Assembly (NCBI GenBank): GCA_963791485.1
Contig: CAWBSO010000005.1
Location: 324,741 to 388,740 of the forward strand
Length of the DNA: 64,000 bases
From: an uncultured Solirubrobacterales bacterium
GTDB lineage: Bacteria; Actinomycetota; Thermoleophilia; Solirubrobacterales; Solirubrobacteraceae
Direction of reading: 5' to 3'
In this document: piece by piece, positions 1 to 7,286 of the stretch
How the letters are laid out: each line of letters opens with the position of its first letter
Position numbering within the stretch: the first letter of the stretch is position 1
Notes under the pieces: model-generated
Seen by the model: only the letters and a program-made list of their open reading frames with translations
What the model was told of the DNA's origin: nothing
Databases searched by the model: none
Made by a program: the position numbers and the translations under genes

Positions 1-298
1 CAACCCTGCTCGCTTCAGGAGCGAGGCAGCGTTCGCACGCGCCAACGGCACAGCACCACAACCAGCTTCCTCCGGCAAAACCGTCCGTCACCGCCTCAGC
101 CGTGGAGGCGACCGGCAAATCAACACCGCGATCTACACGATCGCACTCTCACGCTCCGTCCACCACCCACCCAGCCGCGCCTACATCCAACGACGCATCA
201 ACGAAGGAAAGACCAAGCGAGAGGCCATGAGATCCCTCAAGCGATACCTCTCCCGCGACCTCTACAACAAGCTCACCAACACACCCTTGACAACATAG
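1..298 (+). CDS. IS110-family transposase, C-terminal part (5' truncated by window edge)
   Basis: Frame 2 reads NPARFRSEAAFARANGTAPQPASSGKTVRHRLSRGGDRQINTAIYTIA...EGKTKREAMRSLKRYLSRDLY...PLTT*, the typical IS110 C-terminal domain (P..SSG, R.GDRQ.N.A). Not in the ORF track because it has no start codon in the window. Confidence 0.9.
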   Translation, partial: NPARFRSEAAFARANGTAPQPASSGKTVRHRLSRGGDRQINTAIYTIALSRSVHHPPSRAYIQRRINEGKTKREAMRSLKRYLSRDLYNKLTNTPLTT

Positions 299-305
299 AA
301 GCATC
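1..305 (+). mobile_element. Right end of IS110-family insertion sequence
   Basis: Transposase stop at 296-298 lies inside CCCTTGACAACATAGAAGCATC, which includes a TTGACA -35 hexamer at 287-292. Exact end uncertain. Confidence 0.7.
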
Positions 306-756
306 CACGCAATTTGCGGACGGCGCCAACAGAGCGCGCCGGCCATGCCCGCGACGAGCCCTCCAACACCACACCCACACCCGTTGCTCGCGCCTTCTCA
401 TGCCTGTACATGTGCGCGGGCGCGGCAAACCGGCCAAGAACTTGCTCGGGGCGGCAACGCCGCACGCATCTGAACCGCCAACGCCGTCAACTGCTGCACC
501 GAGGGGCGGTAGATCGCCAACCGGCAAGCTCGGCACTCGTGGCAGCCCGAGCTGCAACCGCAACCCTCAGACAACGCTACGGATTGCGGCGCGGTGGCCG
601 CCGCTACCTGCATCGGAGGCGTCGGGCTGCGCCCTCCTTGTTACAGACACGCCCTCAGACCGATAGCGCCATCGGCGGCAGGGCTACAATCGAGCGCGCT
701 ATGCGTACATCGACACCTGCCGCGCTGGATGGAGCCACAGCCGAGGAGCGGCGAGG

Positions 757-1083
757 ATGAACGCCGTCACCGCAGAGGCGATGATCGACCGCGCAGGCCG
801 TGCGCTGATCGACGCTGCGCCAGCGCCGGCCAAGGTGATCCTGTTTGGCTCACGCGCCCGCGGCGAGGCCAACGACGGCAGCGACTTCGACTTCCTGGTC
901 ATCGAGGAGACGGTCCCGGATCGCCTCGCCGAGGCCGTCAGGCTCCGCGACGCTCTCGGAGACTTCAACGCACCCGTCGACGTGATCGTCATGGACGCAG
1001 CGCTAGCCGAACGGCGAGCGAAGGTGCGGGGCACGATGGTGCACCGAGCCCTGCGCGAGGGTCGTGTTCTCGCCGAGTCCTGA
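757..1083 (+). CDS. Minimal nucleotidyltransferase (MNT) antitoxin
   Basis: LFGSRARGEANDGSDFDFLV = GSx10DxD motif; 108 aa; overlaps the downstream HEPN gene. Confidence 0.9.
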   Translation: MNAVTAEAMIDRAGRALIDAAPAPAKVILFGSRARGEANDGSDFDFLVIEETVPDRLAEAVRLRDALGDFNAPVDVIVMDAALAERRAKVRGTMVHRALREGRVLAES

Positions 1084-1528
1084 ACAGATCGAGTACGCCG
1101 AGCTGCTGCTGCGCCGGGCCAACGGCGACCTCGAAGCCTGCCGCGTGCTCGCCGACAACGCAGACATCGACGACAACATCGTCGGGTTCCACGCACAGCA
1201 GGCGGTCGAGAAGTCCATGAAGGTCGCACTCGTGCTCGCCGACGCCGACCTCCCCCTCACCCACGATCTCAAGTTCCTCGTGCGTCAAGTACGCGAGACG
1301 GGCACAGAGCCTCCACAAGACATCTCGGACACCGCGTGGCTCACCCCCTGGGCAGCCGAACTGCGCTACGACGAGCCGATCGCGTTTGACCGCACCGCCG
1401 CGCTCGCAGCGGCCGAGAACGCAAGCGGCTGGGCAGCGTCGCTGCTCGCCGATGCGAAGCGCCCCCAACCCGAGCCCGATCCTGGGAGGAAATCTCGGGA
1501 GGAAGCTCCACCAGCGCCCGAGTCCTAG
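1064..1528 (+). CDS. HEPN-domain toxin (MNT-HEPN, type VII TA)
   Basis: GFHAQQAVEKSMK, THDL and LRY motifs of HEPN proteins; adjacent to MNT. Confidence 0.88.
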   Translation: MFSPSPEQIEYAELLLRRANGDLEACRVLADNADIDDNIVGFHAQQAVEKSMKVALVLADADLPLTHDLKFLVRQVRETGTEPPQDISDTAWLTPWAAELRYDEPIAFDRTAALAAAENASGWAASLLADAKRPQPEPDPGRKSREEAPPAPES

Positions 1529-1533
1529 AACCA

Positions 1534-1561
1534 CGAAAGCCCTGGATTTCCAGGGCTTTCG
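1534..1561. terminator. Hairpin terminator, probably the original tRNA-Met terminator displaced by ICE insertion; may also terminate the HEPN gene
   Basis: Perfect 12-bp stem CGAAAGCCCTGG/CCAGGGCTTTCG, loop ATTT, 5 bp from the att core. Confidence 0.7.
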
Positions 1562-1566
1562 CTGAG

Positions 1567-1600
1567 TAGCGGGGGAACGATTCGATCCTAATTGCGACCT
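1567..1600. repeat. Left att junction of the ICE (degenerate copy of tRNA-Met 3' end)
   Basis: TAGCGGGGG-AACGATTCGATCCTAATTGCGACCT versus TAGCGGGGG-CAGGATTCGAACCTGCGACCT starting at 30895; identical 9-bp core at 1567-1575 and 30895-30903. Confidence 0.8.
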
Positions 1601-1737
1601 CTGGCCGCTAGAGCAAATCGCCCCCTCCTGGCCTGGATAGTAGCGCAGCGACGCGCGGAGATTCCCAGCGAGAGGCTTCGCAGATGCCGTGAGCATCAAC
1701 CGTTGCGGCCTGGCGCCGGTCAGCCAGTCGCCAGTGA

Positions 1738-2502
1738 TCAAGCTGGAGTGCCAAACGCCGCCGGCAGCCGAGGCTGGGCCGCGACCATGAGCGCGTCGTA
1801 CGCGCTGACCAACTCATCGGCCGCCTTGCCTAGCTCCTGACGGCGCTCCTCGAAGCGCTCGTAACGCTCGCCCTCCGGCGGATTGTCGCGCCGCCATTCG
1901 GCGTCGCCCAGCGCGTAGGCTTCCTCCACGGTCTTGTGCGCCACGCCGTACAGCGCGCATTTGCCCATCAGGCCGTCCACAGCGTTGATCAGCCCGGTGC
2001 GCAGCGCCTCCAACTCAGGATCGAGGAAGCGGTCCTCAACAGCGTTGTGGTTGTAAAGCATCTGCATGAGCCGATGCGTCTTCTGCCCGTACCACACCCC
2101 GCCGAAGTCAACGTCGCGCCAGTAGTCGATGTCTGTACGAGGCAGTGTCTGCCTGATCGTTCGCAGCACACCAACGTCGTGCTCTGCTCGCCCCGGAGCG
2201 GAGCGTTCCTCAAGCTCGGTAAGACGGGCTTTGGCGTCGCTCTGGGCATACGATACAGACCGCTCCTGCCGGAGAAGGCGAAGAATCAGCAAGAGTGTTA
2301 CCAGCAGCGCGAGGGCGACGACGGCAAGCAGGATGACGAGCCAGAAGGGATATAGCCATTCGGCTGCGTCACGGATGGCGTGCCGGAAGTCTTTCGACAC
2401 CACGGTGCCGATGCCGCCTGCTACTGCTAGAGCGCCAAGAAGCAGCTTCCACGCCCACCCGACGAACTTGGCGAAGCTGCTCTTTCTTTGGTTCCGCACC
2501 AT
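1738..2502 (-). CDS. Hypothetical protein: two N-terminal TM helices, coiled coil and helical C-terminal domain
   Basis: Hydrophobic segments WKLLLGALAVAGGIGTVV and FWLVILLAVVALALLVTLLLIL; ATG at 2502 chosen over the upstream GTG. Confidence 0.7.
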   Translation of the reverse strand: MVRNQRKSSFAKFVGWAWKLLLGALAVAGGIGTVVSKDFRHAIRDAAEWLYPFWLVILLAVVALALLVTLLLILRLLRQERSVSYAQSDAKARLTELEERSAPGRAEHDVGVLRTIRQTLPRTDIDYWRDVDFGGVWYGQKTHRLMQMLYNHNAVEDRFLDPELEALRTGLINAVDGLMGKCALYGVAHKTVEEAYALGDAEWRRDNPPEGERYERFEERRQELGKAADELVSAYDALMVAAQPRLPAAFGTPA

Positions 2503-2579
2503 GCTGACTACCAGCGTACGTTGACTTCTCACGCCTCGCGCTCGCTCGCGCCCAGCGCAGAGGGCTGATTCAGCTCCCG

Positions 2580-3482
2580 TCAGTCCATCATCACGGTCGT
2601 GAGCACCTCTCCGGCGTCCGTGAGCTGGGCGTCTACCACCCTGCCTACCGGCCCGCCTGCGGAGTCCAGGGCGAACTCCTCGAACCCCCAGCAGCCACCC
2701 AGACAGAGATCACACGACAAACTGGCGCCGGGTTTGAACGCCTCCGGCCCGAACTTCTCGGCGATGGACTCGTTAGACAAAGGGATCGCGAGCAGACGCG
2801 CCTCAGGGCTTGCGGGCCGCCGAACGAAGCTCACCTCGCGGCCGCGCATCTTCGTGACGATTTTCGTGACGCTCACTCGGTAGAGGCGGTCTACTCGATG
2901 GCCGCAGACCTCCTCCATACACGCCGGGCAGTAGCCGGCGGGACTGGGCCCGCCCCGAACCCAGTACGCCTTGTCCGGCATATGTGGGCACTCCGAGATA
3001 TCGCCCCCACAGATCGAGCAGATCAGGATGCAGGTGTACCCGGCGGAGAACCCCATGCGCTTGTGTGCGATGTCAAGGGAGCACCGCTGAGAGTAACTTT
3101 TGCCATCGAAGTGAATCGAGCAGCCGAAGCGCTGGCGCGTCCACTTCCCGATTTTGTGTGCGAGGCGATGCTGAGCTTCCTCCAGCTCTGTGTCTTCGGC
3201 CCACCAGAAGGCGCGGACCGCAGCGTCTATGGCGCGCCGGGCCTCCTGCTCGGCGGCTGGGGATGCCTGACCCGCAAGCCGCTGGGCGGCTTGGTAGTGG
3301 CGATTCGCGGCCGCCCGATAGCCCCGGACCCGACTGACCATGTAGTCACGGCGAAGATCTCCCGCGTCCCCCGCCTCGCTGCCCTCCTGGGGCGCGTCAG
3401 GCGCATCGATCGGGATGCCGTCCCTCTTGGCCTTCTTGGCCTTGGCTACTTCCCGCGTGTGCTTTCTACTCGACTTGGCCAT
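2580..3482 (-). CDS. Cys-rich protein with phage prohead-protease-like C-terminal motifs
   Basis: MGFSAGY...CSICGGDISECPH...EVSFVRRPASPEAR; several CxxC motifs; ATG at 3482 overlaps the upstream gene. Confidence 0.6.
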   Translation of the reverse strand: MAKSSRKHTREVAKAKKAKRDGIPIDAPDAPQEGSEAGDAGDLRRDYMVSRVRGYRAAANRHYQAAQRLAGQASPAAEQEARRAIDAAVRAFWWAEDTELEEAQHRLAHKIGKWTRQRFGCSIHFDGKSYSQRCSLDIAHKRMGFSAGYTCILICSICGGDISECPHMPDKAYWVRGGPSPAGYCPACMEEVCGHRVDRLYRVSVTKIVTKMRGREVSFVRRPASPEARLLAIPLSNESIAEKFGPEAFKPGASLSCDLCLGGCWGFEEFALDSAGGPVGRVVDAQLTDAGEVLTTVMMD

Positions 3483-3945
3483 CACCCTCGTCCAGCGGGG
3501 CGCCGTTACGCCGCTCGGACTGAAGCGACTTGACGGTATCCGCGACCTCGGTGCCCGAGCCTTCCACCTCGAACCATTCCCACTGCGTCCCTGACGGTGT
3601 TTTCGCGCATCGCGCAAGACGCGCCCGCACCCTGGCCTTCCGCCGGCCGAGCACAGTGGCGATCGCAGCCCATCCGGCGTTAGTCGCGATCCCAGCGATG
3701 AGGTCAACCTCCAGAGGGGTGAGGGCCTTCTCGCCGATCCACTTTCGTGAACCAGCGTCGTGCTGGTATTCGGCGGTCGCCCCGGCGGCACGCAACTCCT
3801 TGGCGACGGTCACAACCGAGTCGTCATACAAACCCTGTCCATCGTCCGTCTTTCGCGGGAGTATCAGAACGTCGGCCGGCAGCTCTGCTGGCAGAGTCAC
3901 ATTGGGAGCGCTGATCGGTTCTGCGGCAACGGCCATGCGACCCAT
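3466..3945 (-). CDS. Hypothetical small protein with a central hydrophobic helix (EACC1-like architecture)
   Basis: GEKA followed by LEVDLIAGIATNAGWAAIATVLG, basic RRKARVR and a predicted beta hairpin; overlaps the next gene by 17 nt. Confidence 0.6.
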   Translation of the reverse strand: MGRMAVAAEPISAPNVTLPAELPADVLILPRKTDDGQGLYDDSVVTVAKELRAAGATAEYQHDAGSRKWIGEKALTPLEVDLIAGIATNAGWAAIATVLGRRKARVRARLARCAKTPSGTQWEWFEVEGSGTEVADTVKSLQSERRNGAPLDEGDGQVE

Positions 3946-4032
3946 TGTCGCATCAGCCACTCTTGATCCTCAAGCCCCGCACGCCGCCGCCTTTTCGCGG
4001 GTACGTCGCGTGCGGGTGGCGCATCGAGGCTT

Positions 4033-4278
4033 CTAGGCCAGAAGCTGCCGGTCGGTGGGATTCCCGACGACCTCGAAGTCGAGGCTGCATCGCCCGCCCT
4101 CAGCAACTCGAAGCGTCGGATGCACCCCCACCTCCAAACCGTCCTTATAGACCCACGTCTCGGCGAGGATCGCCCAGCCCCGCGCGGGCACAGGCTCGCC
4201 CGGCTCAAACAGCATCGGCGGGTGGGAAAGGTTCTGGATTCGCCACCGGCCTGGCCTCGTGTTGTTGTCTAGCGTCAT
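4033..4278 (-). CDS. Hypothetical protein (81 aa)
   Basis: ATGA overlap with the DUF1883 gene suggests translational coupling. Confidence 0.5.
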   Translation of the reverse strand: MTLDNNTRPGRWRIQNLSHPPMLFEPGEPVPARGWAILAETWVYKDGLEVGVHPTLRVAEGGRCSLDFEVVGNPTDRQLLA

Positions 4279-4538
4279 CGCACGTTGACGGTGGCGTTGA
4301 TGGATCCGCTTCCGCCGTTCAGGTCGAGTGCGAGGTTCCAGTGCCCGGTGCTCGGGACCACGACGCGGGCTGGCGACTGGACCGCCCAGCCGCCGTACTC
4401 ATTGAAGTTGACTTCCCGCTTGTAGAGCGAATAGTTGGTGTCGTCGAGAAGGCGCACGGCGGCCTGGTTGTCTAGGCCAATCTCCACCACCGCGCCTCGG
4501 CTCTGCTGGCCTAGGTCGAAATACAAGTGCTCGGGCAT
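4275..4538 (-). CDS. DUF1883 domain protein
   Basis: HLYFDLGQQSRGAVVEIGL..QAAVRLLDDTNY...YGG....SPARVVVPSTGHWNLALDL matches the DUF1883 pattern; AAGGAG RBS upstream of ATG 4538. Confidence 0.8.
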   Translation of the reverse strand: MPEHLYFDLGQQSRGAVVEIGLDNQAAVRLLDDTNYSLYKREVNFNEYGGWAVQSPARVVVPSTGHWNLALDLNGGSGSINATVNVR

Positions 4539-4662
4539 GGCTGGTACTCCTTGTAGTCGGTATTTGCTTGAGCTTTCGGGCCTCGTGGCGATCCAACGCC
4601 CAGATACCACCCTGGGCTGCCACTTCGACACCGCGCATACGACTATCAGTCAGAGAGGACGG

Positions 4663-4710
4663 AAAAAAAACCCCGCCGAGAGGAGGTGGTAAGGCTCCCG
4701 CTCGACGGGG
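4663..4710 (-). terminator. Rho-independent terminator (minus strand)
   Basis: Stem CCCCGTCGAG/CTCGGCGGGG (one G-U pair that forms only on the minus strand) followed by T8. Confidence 0.7.
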
Positions 4711-4890
4711 CAAGCTCATACAACCCGACGGTGCGTAGTTGTATAGCAACGGGCCGACGTTAGCCTGCCGCGTCCTCGACGGGCGCGTCCAGCCGGCAGG
4801 GCTCCAAGCTATGACGAGCGCCCGGCTCGGCGCGCAAGAGTTTCCGCCGCAGGCTCTGCTCTGATCGCTGGCAAGCCCAAAAACCGATTC

Positions 4891-4965
4891 GGCCGGGCGG
4901 GTGTTGACGCACCCGCCCGGCCTGTAGCACCGAAGCAACCACCTTCGATGCCACGCCTACCGTAG
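4891..4965 (+). promoter_or_regulatory. Structured leader/promoter module, copy 1
   Basis: 13-bp perfect hairpin GGCCGGGCGGGTG-TTGACG-CACCCGCCCGGCC, second hairpin GCACCGAAG-N7-CTTCGATGC, then CCACGCCTACCGTAG. Confidence 0.45.
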
Positions 4966-5027
4966 GGCTATCTGCGGATGATCCGGTGTGCTCGCTGGCG
5001 AGTTTTCGGTGCCCGAAAGGAGGCCGA

Positions 5028-5852
5028 ATGAGCACAACGTCTGCCGAACCCGCTACCACACGAGCCGGGCTGCCCGAGCACTTCGCCCCGCACTTGCTCG
5101 ATGCTCCGAGTGCGCGCTCGACCACGAGCAGGAGCCCGGGTGTGCTGCTCCTCTACGGCGAGGAGCACGTGAACCTGGCGCTGGCCGACGAGTTGGCACT
5201 CGATGGCTATGAGGTCCGCCGCGCCAGCGACCCCGAGAAGCTACGAGCGGCGTGCGACGCCTGCGAGGTCGACCTCGTGATCTTCGGGCGAGCTACGCGC
5301 CGGGGTGCCGGGCTCGACGTGCTCCGCCAACTGCGAGCGGGAGCGCTCGCCCCCGAGGTCAAGCCCGGTCAACGCGCGCTATGGATGAGCCCAAACGGGG
5401 AGCTGGGCGACGTGCTGCGCGGGTTCGACGCCGGAGCAGACGACGTGCTCCGCGCCCCCTTCGCCTACACCGAGCTTCGCGCCCGCGTGCAAGCACTCGT
5501 GCGCCGAGACTCTGCGGGGGACATTCCTGGCGTGATCGAGTACCGCGAGCTTCGGATCGACACCGCAGCGCACGAGGTCTCGGTCGGTGTGATGCGTGTC
5601 GGCCTGCGCCGGCTGGAGTACGCGCTGCTCGTGCATCTTGCGCGGGAGCCCGAGCGCGTCCGCACCAAGGATGAACTGCTGCGAGAAGTGTGGGGCTTCC
5701 GCTCCGCTGGCACGACGAGGACCGTGGACTCGCACGCCTGCCGGCTGCGACAAGCGCTTGCTCGCGCGGGCGCCGAGGATTGGGTGCCTGCGACCCGTGG
5801 CGTTGGCTACCGCCTCGCCCCAAACTCACACGGTCGCCTGCTGGCGGCATAG
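5028..5852 (+). CDS. OmpR/PhoB-family response regulator with a degenerate (pseudo) receiver domain
   Basis: C-terminal wHTH KDELLREVWG...TRTVDSHACRLRQAL...RGVGYRL; GFDAGADD; AAAGGAGG RBS. Confidence 0.85.
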   Translation: MSTTSAEPATTRAGLPEHFAPHLLDAPSARSTTSRSPGVLLLYGEEHVNLALADELALDGYEVRRASDPEKLRAACDACEVDLVIFGRATRRGAGLDVLRQLRAGALAPEVKPGQRALWMSPNGELGDVLRGFDAGADDVLRAPFAYTELRARVQALVRRDSAGDIPGVIEYRELRIDTAAHEVSVGVMRVGLRRLEYALLVHLAREPERVRTKDELLREVWGFRSAGTTRTVDSHACRLRQALARAGAEDWVPATRGVGYRLAPNSHGRLLAA

Positions 5853-5965
5853 GCCCGATGCCGGGGTGCGTTACATGACCGTTGCGTCCTCGTGCCGGCC
5901 TTGCGCACCGCGCCCACAGAGCACGAAACCCGCTGTATACGTGTGGATACGGCTCTAAACAAGAT

Positions 5966-6041
5966 GGCCCCGGCGCGAGGCGGCAACCCCGCCCGGGACC
6001 GTGACACAGGAGGTTGAATCTCCCATGCACGACCAACGTAG
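5966..6041 (+). promoter_or_regulatory. Structured leader/promoter module, copy 2
   Basis: Imperfect GC hairpin, then ACACAGGAG-N7-CTCCCATGC and ACGACCAACGTAG; the second hairpin sequesters the SD of the 6025 gene. Confidence 0.45.
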
Positions 6042-6534
6042 CTCAGTCGAATCCGAAGCGAACGCCTGCCTCGACAAAGCCGTCCTCGAACTCATGCTCG
6101 ACAGCGACCGGCAGCGACCGTGGTCAGAAGCCGAGATCGCCCGCACGATCAGCACCCCCGGCAACGTCCCCGCGAGCCTCAAGCGCCTGCGCATAGCGGG
6201 CCTCGTCCACCGCTGGAATGACCTGGCGACCGCCTCACACCCCGCCGTGCGTTTCCACGAGATCACGCAGTCGCCCAAGGACCCGGCCTCAGAGCGCGAG
6301 CGCCACTGGGACAAAGCAGTCCTCGAATCGCTGCTGGTACGTGACAGCGAAGGGCAGGGCCCGCTCTCTGAGCAAGATCTCCGCTACGCCTTCGGCGCAA
6401 AGAAAAAGAAGCAGAAGCTCGCGATCACCGACGCGCTGAGCCGTCTGGATGGCGCCGGGCTCATCGAGCGCCGTGGCGACCGGGCCATCGTCTCGGAGGT
6501 CGCCAAGATCTTCGACCAAATAATGACGCTCTAG
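6025..6534 (+). CDS. Tandem winged-helix protein (internal duplication)
   Basis: Two repeats: DKAVLELML..RPWSEAEI..LKRLRIAGLVHR and DKAVLESLL..GPLSEQDL..LSRLDGAGLIER. Confidence 0.7.
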   Translation: MHDQRSSVESEANACLDKAVLELMLDSDRQRPWSEAEIARTISTPGNVPASLKRLRIAGLVHRWNDLATASHPAVRFHEITQSPKDPASERERHWDKAVLESLLVRDSEGQGPLSEQDLRYAFGAKKKKQKLAITDALSRLDGAGLIERRGDRAIVSEVAKIFDQIMTL

Positions 6535-6551
6535 CGTCGCCGCGCGAAGCC

Positions 6552-7286
6552 ATGCACGTCACCGAGCTTGACCTGAGCCCGGCCGCTCTCGCCTGCCTGA
6601 AAGCAGCCGACATCCATCTGGTTGACCAGTTGCTTGAGCACGGAAGCGGCGACCTAATCCAGCACCCCAAGTTCAGCAAGGGACTTGAGCTGTACGAGAT
6701 CGTCTGCGAGCTACACCGCCACGGCCTCACGTTCTCCCGATACGGACAGCACGTCCAGACCGAGCGCGAGCGCGAAATGTTCCGTCTGCGCGCGGTTGCG
6801 GGCCTCACCCTCGATGAGATCGGAGAGCGATTCGACCTCAGCCGTGCGCGCGTCCACCAGCTACTACGCCTGCACTTCCGCCTGGACGTAGTACCCCCCG
6901 CCGCGACAGCACGCCGACCGCCGCCCCCCGGTATGCGCAAGCACACGCTCATAGAGCGCCGCCGCCTGTACCTGCTCGCGTGCCTCGCTATCAAGCGCCA
7001 CTACGGCCGGCCCTTGACGCTTGAGGTTGTCGCCAAAGCGCTCGCAACTTCTCCTCGCCAGATACAGCGCGCCTTCGCCCAGTTCAGCGATAGCACCTTC
7101 CATGACGAACTCACGGCCAGACGGATGACCGCCGCCGCCGAGCTGCTATCCCAGCCCACGACACCGGTGCGCGACGTGGCGCTACAGGTCGGCTACCGCC
7201 AACCGCCCCACTTCGCCCGCGCGTTTAGGGGCTGCTTCGGGGTTTCACCGACCGGCTTTCGCACCGCCAGACAAAGCGCTGGATGA
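6552..7286 (+). CDS. Chimeric regulator: RNAP alpha-CTD-like + sigma70 region 4 + AraC HTH
   Basis: VTELDLSPAALACLKAADIHLVDQLL (alphaCTD-like); EREREMFRLRAVAGLTLDEIGERFDLSRARVHQL (sigma4); VRDVALQVGYRQPPHFARAFRGCFGVSPTGFR (AraC). Confidence 0.8.
   Translation: MHVTELDLSPAALACLKAADIHLVDQLLEHGSGDLIQHPKFSKGLELYEIVCELHRHGLTFSRYGQHVQTEREREMFRLRAVAGLTLDEIGERFDLSRARVHQLLRLHFRLDVVPPAATARRPPPPGMRKHTLIERRRLYLLACLAIKRHYGRPLTLEVVAKALATSPRQIQRAFAQFSDSTFHDELTARRMTAAAELLSQPTTPVRDVALQVGYRQPPHFARAFRGCFGVSPTGFRTARQSAG

Noticed and set aside
306-756. ORFs 314-760, 400-666 and 594-1220
   Set aside because: Arg/Pro-rich translations with no motifs, partly overlapping the MNT gene; probably non-coding
2580-3482. 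Prophage head module
   Set aside because: No terminase, portal, capsid or tail genes nearby; only the protease-like motifs are present
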